Assembly (NCBI GenBank): GCA_002633005.1
Contig: NMRA01000062.1
Coordinates: 791,981-855,980, forward strand
Length of the DNA: 64,000 nucleotides
Source of the DNA: Phoronis australis
Taxonomy: Eukaryota > Animalia > Phoronida
Direction: 5' to 3'
Made by a program: the position numbers and the translations under genes. Positions within the stretch are counted from its first letter, which is position 1. Each line of letters starts with the position of its first letter. The notes beneath the pieces are model-generated. The model searched no databases, was not told where the DNA came from, and saw nothing but the letters and a program-made list of their open reading frames with translations. Of the stretch, positions 41,119 through 53,000 are shown in pieces.

Positions 41119-44100
41119 TCAGTTTACAGGAGCTGCAAGCAGAAAACAACCGATAAATCAATTTTTGCAAAAATATATTTCAGTCCTCATCCATTTAGCT
41201 CCATTTCGCTCATTTAAGATTTAACCCGATTGACCAGAGACTTTATGACACACCATGCGGAAAATTGATACAGAGAAGTTCTCTTTAAGTAGAATTTTGA
41301 GCACACATTTACATGTACCACTATGGGACCGCACAGTCGGAAAAGAGCCGGTCATTTACTAATGATATCTGCTGTGCGCACATTACTATGGACCTAAACA
41401 ACATCTACTGACTATTTTGTAGTCAGTGAAGTATGCCCGTGTAAGTAGCCAAACTTCGTAGGTAGACATTTTTTTCAGCAAGAAGGACACATCATTTTCT
41501 CTTGCATGGGAATCGAAAACTTTGGACATGCCCACGCTTTGATATGTTAGATACCTTGTCAATGATTGAAAGCAGTAAACTGTTGGAAAGCGGGAATTAT
41601 GGTTGACCATTTACCATATTTGAGGGAACTGTATGTGCTCTTAAAAACGTGCATGACTGATCAAGGATCGCGAAATAGAGTACTTACGATAATTTTTGTT
41701 TTCCATGTAAGGTGGCGCATTCGTTCCTGCAGCATTTCCGTACGTGTTAGCGTAAGAATAGTCGCTCCAACCAATATTGCCAGCAGGGGGCGGGCCGTAG
41801 TAATCACCGTAGGGTTGTGCGTAGGGGTTTGTATTAGTGGGGATGTAGGGCGGAGGGTTGTACGGAGGTGGAGGCTGGGTGGGGGCGGGGACTATATTTT
41901 GTGGAGGTGGACGGTTTTGTGTTGGCTGCTGAGAAGGTCTTGGTGCTGGGTTGGACTGGTATCGAACAGTCACTTGTGATCCTGAAAACCACATCACAGA
42001 CATATCATTGGGCAATCAGTAAATCAATCCAGCATTACGTTGCTTGTCAATGTCTTCAAACGACATGCACGTACTGGGGCAGTAAATAAGCAATGCATAT
42101 AAACGAAACAGTTGCATGAACAATACAATTTTACTGATGAAAATGAAGCCAAACAATTTACCCCACTTGATATAACCACCTTAAGAAAACTTCATTACCG
42201 GTAATTTACTGGTGAACATCAAATTTTCAATATTGAAATGTTACATGACCGGTAGTGGGTTTTGTAAGATGCTGGTCATTAAGAATACTGTTTTGGCCAT
42301 GTTGTCAAATATCATGACTTACCAACAGTGTTTTGTTTGGTCTTACAACATTTGTTGGCCTTACAACATTTGTTGGCCTTGCAGCAACAAGCTATGATGA
42401 CAGCGATAATGGCTGCGACCACGATACTACCGACAACGACGCCAGCTACGTTACCGGAACTGAAACGAGGAAATACGAGAACTAATTACCGACTAACACA
42501 TTTGAATAAGGACAAATTGGACTTGAGCAAGATATGATTATGATTATTAGCATTCTAACATCACATTTCGCCAACAGCAGGGAGATACACCGTGCGCCAT
42601 TCGCGTCGAATCCGTAATACAGTAGCCCTGCTATTACAACTAGCACACCCTGTTGGCCAAGGATTGTATTCTGTTGTGAGAGAAAACACTAAAAGGGAAT
42701 GAGACTAGGACAGTTTTTTTTTGCGGGTTTAACCCTGGTTCTACTCACTTGTCCCCAAATTTGCAGCAATATTCAGCATTTGCTTCCCCGCAGCAATATG
42801 TGTGGCTTGATGGTTCGAACGGCAGAGGGCACTGGAATATTCCGAGGTATGTGCCGTTGGAGTTGGCTTCATAATTCTTACAGACGCCCGTCCCTGCAAC
42901 GGAAGACATTCATTGTTTCAAGTAAGTGAAAAACTATCCTTCTGAAACAGAATTCGATATTTTCTAGAACTCTCATCAACTTATTGCTAACATTTTATCT
43001 CATAAAATAATTCCTCATTGAACAAATTTGAAAAACAAAGTTGAATAAATTCAATAATAAACATTTGGTTCATGCACGTAACAAGTCCATCCTCACCTCC
43101 ATTCACTCTCTCTGTTGTATCCAAGTTCAAAAACTCAGCATGAAGGGTGATGCTACATAATAGTTTCAACTCGGCCATTTGTGGCAAATGCCCTCGTCAG
43201 TTACTAATTTAATTTAAAAGCATATTCCGTTAACTTGGGAATAGCCCATGGGGAATTTCTGCTAACACGTTTATTACGCAGGGGTTCTCACATTACCATT
43301 TGCTTTTTACTTTAAGTTGGAATCGCTATCTGGCTCCATACCTTCCACGACATGTGCGCGTTTAGAAATGGAAAACGCCCCTTAAGATACTTCAACAAAG
43401 TGGTATGGGTTAATGCACGTTAACTCTGAATCATTTTCGGAAGATTGTGTGCTTATTGCCTATTTTGTATTACCTCCTGTAGAAAGTATTGTTTCTTTTT
43501 AGCCACAGTCAATCACATTAGTCGTTGGACCAATTTGCAAAACTGATGCCAAGCCAGATTATCAAATCCGGAATCAAAAATCTGTTAAGGAATTGTCTAT
43601 GGTTCTTTCACAGGTGAATATTCGAGGTGACTATTTGTTTACCTGACTCGGCTATCCGGTGACTTGCTCTGTACGCTCTGTAGTCGTAATAATAGTAACG
43701 GTAAAGGTATGCATAGTAGTAATAACCAGGTGTTAGATAAATGGAGTAGCGCCTGTAGCGGATAAGTGACGAGTCGTAGTAACTTAGGCGGCTGTTGTAG
43801 TATCTAGCTCTATAAGATCTGAAATTCAGGAATTCGCGTCAAGGTTTGCGCACAGTTATCAGACATCTAGATGAAAAAGATCAAAAACCAGACGATCGCC
43901 GCACAAATAAAAAAGTTCATGTTCAATTCAACGTTTCGTCTTTTCATTAGCCATCATCAGGACCATATTTACAACAACTTAGGACAAGTGCCAACATGCA
44001 GCTCAGGTAACATCCATAGAATGAAGTGAGAGATCCTGATGATGTAAAATGAAAAGACGAAGCCTTGAATTGAACATGAACTTTTTTATTTATGCGGCGA

Positions 44101-47100
44101 TCGTCCGGTTTTTGATCTTATTGTGGCCAAAAACTGATTTAACTAGTTGAATAATTTGTCAATGTAGAACATAATTTTGCTGACCGGAATAAAACTACAC
44201 ACACAAATATCCCTTTAAGGCGTTTAATGAGTTGTTTTGTAACTATTTATTGCCAATATTGTCACGTTCCTATATTTAAGCTATATTTAAAGGTTTACAA
44301 TTGAGCGTTATTGTCATCAGCAACTGGTGCAGAATTCAAAGCATAATAAAAATGCAAATTTTTATATGTTTGAACGAGTATTATTCTTGAGAAATACAAC
44401 AGCATTAACTTTCACTTACCTGTATGCTGTGGATCGATAGCTCCTGTAGCTCCTGTAGGAGGAGTAGGTGCGATAGCTGCGGTACGTGTTGCGGTAACTG
44501 CTGCGGTAAGTGCTGTAACGAGAGCTGCGATAACTGCTTCCACGACTACCTCCACGACTACCTCCGCGAGCGGCAGAGGTTATTCCTAAAACAGACAGAA
44601 CCATGCAGTGTTTTAGTACCTTTATTTACCAAGAAATCATCTTCGTGGGTATGGCTGGGAGTAGTTGCGTCATGGTTGCAAAGCTATATATACATCACAG
44701 TGGCGGATTTAGAGGGGGACCATGCGGGGCCACGCCCCCCCCCCCTAAAATTCTCCCAATTTCCATTTGGCAATTNCCTTCCCCCCCCCAACTCAAAATC
44801 CTGGATCCGCCCCTGTATCATAAATTGCAGCTTCACCCATGTCGGTAAAACATTGGCGAATCAAAATCTGACTCAGAATTAATCTCATTAAAAACAACTC
44901 ATTTCCTACGTAAACTAGCTTGGTTACTGACGCGAAAGCAATGCCGTTTGTCACTTATTTTGTAGTTGAATTTGTGAAACAGTCACATGCGTCGGCTTTG
45001 AGCGCCATGAAATACAGCGTCACCAATTGTTCAATTCCTTTTTTGTTCACTGTGTACTTTTTACACAAGACTGTATACCGTTGACAACAGATTGACTTGG
45101 TTCCTCTTCTTTACAGATTTTTCGTACTTTATTACCGTAAACATACTTTCGGATTAAATTATGCTTCGGCGAATTTGTCACCAGGGGGATAGATGTCGCA
45201 AAATCGAGCTAATCGCCCACGTGCTGGTCTCGACTACTGTTTGGTGGCCGACCACAGAGGTTTCGCAGAACCACCCGGACAGTAGCTTGCAGCAAAGAAT
45301 TTCAATCATGGATTAATTATATGTTTAGGGCCAACATTATCACATCGATTAAAATATTTCCGAAAACTACACGAAACATGTTATCATTTAAAATATCTTA
45401 ATTGCTTTTATATATCAGTCGACTCATTCATCGTTTCGAATTAAATTTAGTTTAATTCTTTGAGTACGTAAAATCCGGCTCCAACAGTCATTTAGTATAT
45501 AAAACTGCGGGATGAAGTTACATTTCTCTGAAAAAGTTTAAGTGTTGTTGTTGAAATCGTTACGTACGGAAGTCATGAGAATTTAGAATTTGGACCGTTA
45601 AAACGTACCAGCAACGGAATGAAAAGGATGTACATTGTTTCATTTATTTAAAGAAATGTCTGTAAAACAGTTGACTGCTCTGAAGCTTTTTTGGGAAGCA
45701 TTAAGGATTCAAACAGTTTGAATTAAAGATATCGGCTGAAAATATCTGTGAGACCTTTGTCTCGATGAGATGTGATTATAGCATTTAGCATCTGTTATTG
45801 AGAACTCCACTGTGTTTGCCAAGGAAACAAATTAAAAAGTGATAATCAGATGGTCCGAAACGCAAGTTAAAATGGTATTCAAAACTGATGAATCGAGTGT
45901 CTGAAGCGTTCAGCACAGAGGCTGCTGTAAAACGTTGAACTGTTTGAATGCTACCATCATAGAGATATTGTTTGGTTTGTGAAATACAACTTTGATCATT
46001 ATGTTGCTGTATATTATAAGATATTTAAACATTTTACATATAATCTATGACATAAACGCGTGGAAAAGATATTGATTTTTCAGTCGCGAAATACAAGCTG
46101 TAAAGTAATAAACGGATCTAAATCCGTTGTATGTAAAAAGTACTGTTCTGACGAAGGAGGTTTTAACGATGGCGATTACGGTTTTCTGGCATTTTTTAAC
46201 TGGCACCAACTGCCTCATACTTTTCTGATTTTTTAAATTACATATTTTGATTTTGTAACTTTGATTTTTGTTATTCAATGTGTCTATTTTCCTTAAAAAT
46301 TTTAGGCAATCATTGCCTAGATGTTTCTCTTTTAACTTTTTAGGTATTAGAGTAATTTGTCTACTTACAGGAATAGGTATTTTCTATTTTTGTCACTGTT
46401 TATCGTCATAAAATGTTACTAAAAACGTATATTGTGGTGTAGCTCTGAATAGGCAACTATCTATACCGTATGCGTTACGTTTTACCACAAAAGAGATTCT
46501 AGGAATGACTTTCTCCCATGGAAATTATATTTTGTTATTGAGTGGACGGGAACTCACGAGATTGACTTGAATAATCAATGAAAATAATTTAAAGGTAGAT
46601 TTCCCACTGTTGTCTAGATATCAAAGTTTCAGATGTGTCACTTACTAGCCTGTTTCACAATTAGAGTTTTACACGAATCTTATATTACGTTTTTATAAGG
46701 CATTTGGGTCAGAGCACTGTATTGGCTGTATTCCTCCCGCAAAATTGAGATGTTTAGCAAAGATGAGGTCAGGAATTTTGCCATTACAGGTAGAATTGGG
46801 GAGGTTTACGTAAACCCCATTACATGGCAGAGTATGAAAAGAATTGTAACCAAAATTTAATTGAAGAAGAAATGAATTATTTTTCGTTTGAACCAGTTTC
46901 CAAGTGCCTGCTCCCTCATAGACTTCTTCCTAAATTATCCAGAGGCTCTTGCCAATTTTTCGTTACTAGGTCACTAAGTTGCCGCAAGAGTAGCCTGTAT
47001 TGTATATAACCGCTCACGTATTGCATAAAAAGTCTGTTTGTTTTGGTATTGCATTCTGTGACGCGTCCATGTCGCTATAATGAATAATAGATATATACGC

Positions 47101-47808
47101 AGCCAGACGGAATATACCATTAGCAATATAATGTAGACACAAAAATACTACAATATATGAGTGCTCACAATGGTTACCCTTGTTTCGCATCGGAGCTCCA
47201 GCTTTTAACCATTTTCTTTCTTTCGGTTTTCGGTCACCTCATACGTTCGAATTTCGACTGACGAATACATGCAGTGTTATTAACTTTTGACAATAGTCGG
47301 CATTTACTAAATTGTATATGTCACGATCGAGTTATATAGCGAGGTGCACCGAGGTCTTTTCTAAAAGTTTTAAATTATTGTAAGGCTTGACTTATACATG
47401 GAACATGAACGCTGGTCGAATTATACTGATGTTGAAAATAACGGCATTTTGAATTTCCCAACGTCATGCGTTTAAATTAAGATTGGTACTACGAATTTGA
47501 AAGGTTGTTGCTGCTGAACAATGGTATTATTCTCCATAGCCATATCTCAACCCGCCGGGACGAGGTCATGTCTGGTGACAGATAGACATTTGGACACGAT
47601 AACAGCCTGATTAGATCACCAGTCGCATAAGCCGTGATAGTTATATCAAGAGTTTTGATAAAACATTTTGACGAGTAATTGATAACTAATTTGGTCTCTT
47701 ATCAAACGTAAACATGGTCCACACGGAAACCACCTTACCTGCGAGGCAACACAACAATGATAGGAGAATAAACAGTAATAGAAGGCTCGTTCCCCGTAGA
47801 GCAGCCAT
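41119..47808 (-). CDS. Shisa-like (STMC6) single-pass membrane protein, copy A, ~333 aa; exons 47808-47739, 44585-44420, 43818-43643, 42893-42749, 42459-42323, 41981-41688, 41132-41119 (last exon tentative)
   Basis: Signal peptide MAALRGTSLLLLFILLSLLCCLAG-ITSA; ARGGSRGGSRGSSYRSSRY..; Tyr-rich exon; CKNYEANSNGTYLGIFQCPLPFEPSSHTYCCGEANAEYCC; TM VAGVVVGSIVVAAIIAVIIA then CCCKANKCCKANKCC; tail with PPPPYNPPPY. Canonical splice sites, ORF intact. Confidence 0.9.
43877..44119. repeat. 86-bp inverted repeat with hammerhead-like cores (Penelope-like pLTR remnant)
   Basis: Arms 43877-43962 and 44034-44119 with a 71-nt spacer; each arm holds CTGATGA..GAA. Confidence 0.8.
44698..44815 (-). mobile_element. 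MITE, same family, copy 3 (internally shorter)
   Basis: cagtggcggatttag ... aaaatcctggatccgcccctg; flanks catca/tatca. Confidence 0.8.
46745..46885 (+). mobile_element. CR1/L2-group LINE 3' fragment, decayed
   Basis: LAKMRSGILPLQVELGRF*..QNLIEEEMNY. Confidence 0.55.
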
Positions 47809-47862
47809 TTTGGTTTTCCGTGTACTCTATTTTCAGTGTACACAATTTCTATAACTACTCAT

Positions 47863-47870
47863 TGACGTCA
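47863..47870. promoter_or_regulatory. Perfect CRE palindrome TGACGTCA, 55 bp upstream of the Shisa-like copy A ATG
   Basis: Exact octamer; function inferred from position only. Confidence 0.25.
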
Positions 47871-50009
47871 CACAGGTGCGACAAAGGATTTCACAATACG
47901 CGGCGATTACCAGGTGGGAACATTGGTGGCGCTGAACTCGGTTCAGCGAGTGTCTTTTGTTGCTTGACAACACTGTTTCCGTCATGGTTTACTGGGCTGC
48001 CCCGACTTCACTTCATGTGCGGCGCACCATAGGGCTGGATGGCTATAGCCCCCACTTTTTTCAGGGCTGCACCGCCCATGCATTTTCAAATTATTTGATC
48101 GACTCTTTCACTAGATGTGAAGGTCAGTTTTCCATAAAGAGCGGATCGACCAGCTGGCCGTGAACTGAGTGTTGACCGGTGCAGTTGGCTACAGAAGTTA
48201 AATGAAACAATGAACTAAATTTACTAATAGTACGAAATAAATTCTCGTTGTCCTTCAGTAGTGTTGCATGAGTATGGTGTGTCCTCTGTGCTTCAATTCT
48301 TCACGCCATTACGATTTTGCACTGAAGAAAAGAATAATAGTCAAGGGAGCCCATTTTAAAGGAAACCTGTCAACTTTTGTTCCTTTTATAAGTTTATGTG
48401 CAAAAATTGAGGCCAAAGTGTTTTACCTCGCTAAGTTTCTTGTTGGCAGCGTTCGCTGGGTGAAAACTGATACACGCTGGCCCGGTGGCCTGTGGCCTGT
48501 GGATTTGCGGCCGGGCAAGTAAACTTCAGTTCACATACAGGCCCGAAGTCTAGTGGATATGGGCTCCTATTCAAGTAACTGGCTCGGCGGACCAGCACAT
48601 TTATTGCTGAAGCTCGAACACTGCTTGGTGGCATACTTAGGACTAAGCTCCATAATATTGTCTTTCGGCGACATCGATCACCACCAGTGAAGTGTTCGCT
48701 ACCGGATTTGAAGCTTAAGTGTTTTTGTATTCTCGGTGATTCAGATGCAACTGCAAATGTCTGTAGCGCCAGTCAACAGGTCAGAACACTTTTAGTGTGT
48801 TGGTCATTGTGGACCAAGTTATGATCTCCATGCTACATTTCTCAGCAGTATAATTGTTGAAATCCTAAAAGAGCGTCCATTATCATATTGATTACTGTTT
48901 TTGACTTATTTACCTTAGGATGATTTTGTACAAGTCATGGGCGGCGCAGAGCTGGAAAAAGTGGGGCGCTAAAGTTCCTCAACCCGCCCCTGTGGTACAT
49001 CGCCCATAGACCATGGGCGGCACAGTAATGAAAAAGTGGGACTAATAGCTCACCCCATGGTGCTCCGGCGCCCAGGCACTGATGCGTGTATCCAAGTTCT
49101 GTCAGATAAAGTTTAGTTTGCACGTGAGTCATTTTCTATTCGGGTTAAAGTTTCCCCAACTTTCAGGTGATTGACAACATTGAACCTCTTCAGTTGGAAT
49201 TGTTTAAGCATTTAGCAGTGCTGAGCACGTGTGACGTACTTCCTGCTGATTTTCATTTCTGACACAGGCGTGACGATATGATCAAAGTATGTAGCGATGA
49301 TTAGGATTACCGTTTAGCTTCAACCTGCGGCCGCGATGTTGACAAACATTGAGCCTTTTGTTGGTTCTCGCATGAAGTATACTTAACAGTTTGATTTCCG
49401 ACCACAATTTTACTTCAACAACACCAATGCTTACTGCAATTTTAAGAGAATCGCCATTGTCCATTACAAAATTCTCAAACCAGTGGTTCGCGCTACGTTA
49501 GTCTTCATGTGCCCACCCAAGGGGGCTCGGGGGGCTCGAACAACCCACAATTTGGCAAAACAGGTTCACCTCAGAAAAGGAAATAGTCCGAAAAGTAGAA
49601 AACGAGACAAAAGTCCACTAGAAAGGCAGGCGGTATCGGCGAATGCACAATTCATAGCTCTGAACACACCCCGTGTTTTGTAGTAAGAGGTCCACATTCT
49701 CAAAAATTGGAATCTCCCTATTTTTAGGCTTGGTGCGCGCATGTTCTTATGATTAATTTTGAACATATCATGTTTTATTTTCCAGGGCAATGGCAGGAAT
49801 CGTGTAAAGCAGATCATCAACTCAAATAATTTCAATATATAAAAAATATAAAAACAATTGCAGGCGGTCTGATACACGTTGTACCAGACGTGCGCAGGCC
49901 TGGCATGTGGGCCCATTGCACTGATCACCTGGAAATATTTTTATGCTTTATTAATATATGGTTAAAACCGAGCTGAGGAGCTAGAAACCTGGCTCAAGGG
50001 TTTAGAAAT

Positions 50010-50090
50010 GTGACCTGGTGGGACTTGAACCTACGACCTCGAGTAAAGAAAGCGGGCACTTACATGTATCAACCAGGCCACACTGCCTCC
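50010..50090 (-). mobile_element. tRNA-derived SINE head
   Basis: Minus strand gaggcagtgtggcctggttg (A-box-like) ... gtaggttcaagtccc (B-box-like). Confidence 0.45.
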
Positions 50091-53000
50091 TCAATAATTT
50101 CAACAACTTATGCAAACCTTTTTCACAACCTAGATTGTACTCTCCTTCTGATCTCTCCCTCATATTTACTCTTCAACAAACTGAAAAAGAAAACAAAAAT
50201 GACAAAAAATCCCCATTTACACGTAGGACTAAACATTTTTGATGGAGAGGGAGTGTCGCTCCGAACTGCCCCCTCCATTGCCTTCATCCAAACTTCAATG
50301 GGCTCCCTACTCGAACTCTGGATCCGCCGACCAATATGTCCCATTCACCAAATCTACAAAAAAATAAAAGGCACACACAGCGCCATTTTGACTGAACTAC
50401 AATGCTTTTCAAATCCTCAATTTACTATATGGAAATTTCTGCGATTCCGAAGACATGCGCGAATAATTGGTGGTCAGTTGAGAGAGCATGGGGCACCGTT
50501 CCCAAAACATTTTCAGACTGAATTTGTTCATACTAACGCGAACTCTTGTTCATTCCGAATGGTAGCCTGTTACAGTTGGTAACTTAAACGCGCGTTAAAA
50601 AAATGAAAGAATCCGTTTACGATCCCTGGTAAACGTAATCTGAGTTCCTTAATTCGTCAGACATATACACTATATACGGTCATCAAAAATCATACCCTGA
50701 CAAGTGCGCATTTCCTACGAAAAACTCCCTCTTCATCAATAAATGCTTTATATTCTTCAAAAGAAGTACGTGTATGTCGTTTGATGCACATTGCACTATC
50801 GGTGCGTTTCGGCGCCCTGTGTTGCTATTCTTTAGACTCAGGCCGTGGAACACTGATTATCACCTTAGCTTGCACTTTATGACCCCTGCGTCAACACGAT
50901 TCTCACTTGAGTTTGCAATACAGGTCATCAAGTGCTCACGTGGACCAGAATTGCTCACAGATGTATTTTAGCACATGATAATTGACACGATAGTTTGAGA
51001 TCGCACAGAAACAGAACAGACTATGTCAAAAATATTTTTAAGTCGTTTTCGAGCATAAAGATTAGATCCAAGGCCCCGGACGTTGGTATGCTGTGCATAT
51101 TTAACAAGAGTTTTAAAAACTCCCATAATACGCAGAATATATTTATTGCAAAAAAACTAGAAAGTGTTGCTTTTAAGATTATGGACTATAGTCTGATTCG
51201 TGTTTGGACACCCAAGTCGCACTCCTCGCCACATAAATGAAATTAATTTTTAAGAAATTTGTAAAATTTTCTCATAAAATTACGTATATTCTCAGTTATA
51301 ACGCTACAGAAGTATGCCACAGCATCGTTTCAAAAGTCGTGCGTCTACCGCATTCCAATCGTTAGGAGGTTTATCTTGAAAAATTGCGACGTTTTGCGTT
51401 TTCACGTTTACATGGAAACGGAAAAGTGTGACCCCCAAAAATTGTGACATCAAGCCGAGTGTCAAGAGCTATCTTGAGAAATGAAACAAATCGAAAACTA
51501 CAGCATTTTTTCGCATCTGGATCCTAGGCGCGTACTTTATATACTTGTCATAATACGCTTAATTCTATTACTTTTTGAATTAATTTATCTAAATATATGT
51601 CAACTTCGTGTTCCAACTGGGGCCGCTTAGAAATTATAGGATCTACGGAAGTGGTTTCCCAGTCTTTCAAAGAAGTTTGAATAAACGATTAGAACAGTGC
51701 CACTCCTCTGCTGAGGTAGATAAATGAAACCGGAATTGTTTCACATTCTGAACGTTTGCGGCTTATCTCGCATTTACTTCATAAGCCAAGTTTAGCGCAT
51801 TATCTGCCTTAGATCCGGTCTAATTATCTCAGCTCTTCACCGTATTCGCGTTTTTCAGACGCCGAAAAAAACAAGACATTGTTGCTCTAATTCCGGTATC
51901 AAAAACAATACTAAACAATCATTTCTGTTCGTGGTAACTTCTGCTTTCCTTCATCGTACTTTCACGCATGATATATTTAAACGATAAATAAAGCAGTGTT
52001 ACAGCTGCTGAATAAATTACAATATACCGTGAAAATCTGTTGGCTTGTCTTTTACAGGATATATCGAAACGATAAGTAAAACACGCCACAGTCATGATGA
52101 CATGTGCTGAATAAATCACTTGCAAAAACATACTCACAAGAGAGAGAGATTCGAGCTGAAGATAGTTATATACTCCATTTATTTAGAGGCGGGTCCATGA
52201 TTTTTTAAAAGGGGGGTCGAATCAAGGACTTTTTGAAAAAGAGGGGGCTCAAGCCAAAAATTCTAGATTTCATATCATTAAAATCAAGGAAAAGGGCGGT
52301 TCGGAACCCCTTGAACCCCTGGATCCGCCTGTGTTATTGCAGATTAAATGTAGTAAGTACTGTACGCAGACAAATTAAGTCGTAAACCTATTTCAGACAC
52401 TCATGAAGTAACATTGCACTGGGTTTAGAATAATTCTCCATAATTAAGTGTTTAAAGACTTTCAAAAGTAAATATACATTTATTGGATGAATTTGAATTT
52501 GAACTTGAATCATAGTAAATAGCTCCTGGATTAGCAATATTATTTTCCATCTTCTTCGGGCATACCAGGGGAGGTAATTGTTGGCGAACGGGTCGACCTG
52601 AGTTTGACGACGTTGTATTTATCTGTTGTGTTTCAACCAACAGTAGCAACTTTGAAATAATTTGGGTGAACCCCGTAAAAATGTAAGTAATATGGAACAC
52701 ACAGTTGTGCCACTCCGTGTCCATTGAGACTGAAACACGCAAGAGACCATAAGTTGAATATTGATCGGCTTTTACCAAATTATTAGAGTTTTATTTTGAC
52801 TCCTAAATTTCTCATTTTTGGTCGATGGCAATGTTCTAGCAAGCATACAAAATAATGAAAACTGCTTGAAAAGTTTTTTTTTTTGTAAAATTTGTGAAAT
52901 ATTGGCACCTTTCATTTACTCAAACAAATATTGAAATGACATTTTGTGCTTTCATGTTTTTTTCTTAAAAGTTGTCTTGCTAACGAATTGTGTTTCTAAG

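Noticed and set aside
44416-44693. Local ATGs (44604, 44693) as the start of Shisa-like A
   Set aside because: The upstream ATG hits an in-frame TAA. ctgtctgttttag is a good phase-1 acceptor matching the signal-peptide exon at 47808-47739 and the copy B structure.
44424-44882. Cys-rich (metallothionein-like) plus-strand ORF
   Set aside because: Antisense shadow of the SYR-repeat exon running into a MITE.
50010-50582. 190-aa ORF between the Shisa-like and Frizzled genes
   Set aside because: Begins in an antisense SINE head, has no recognisable motif and no supporting splice pattern.
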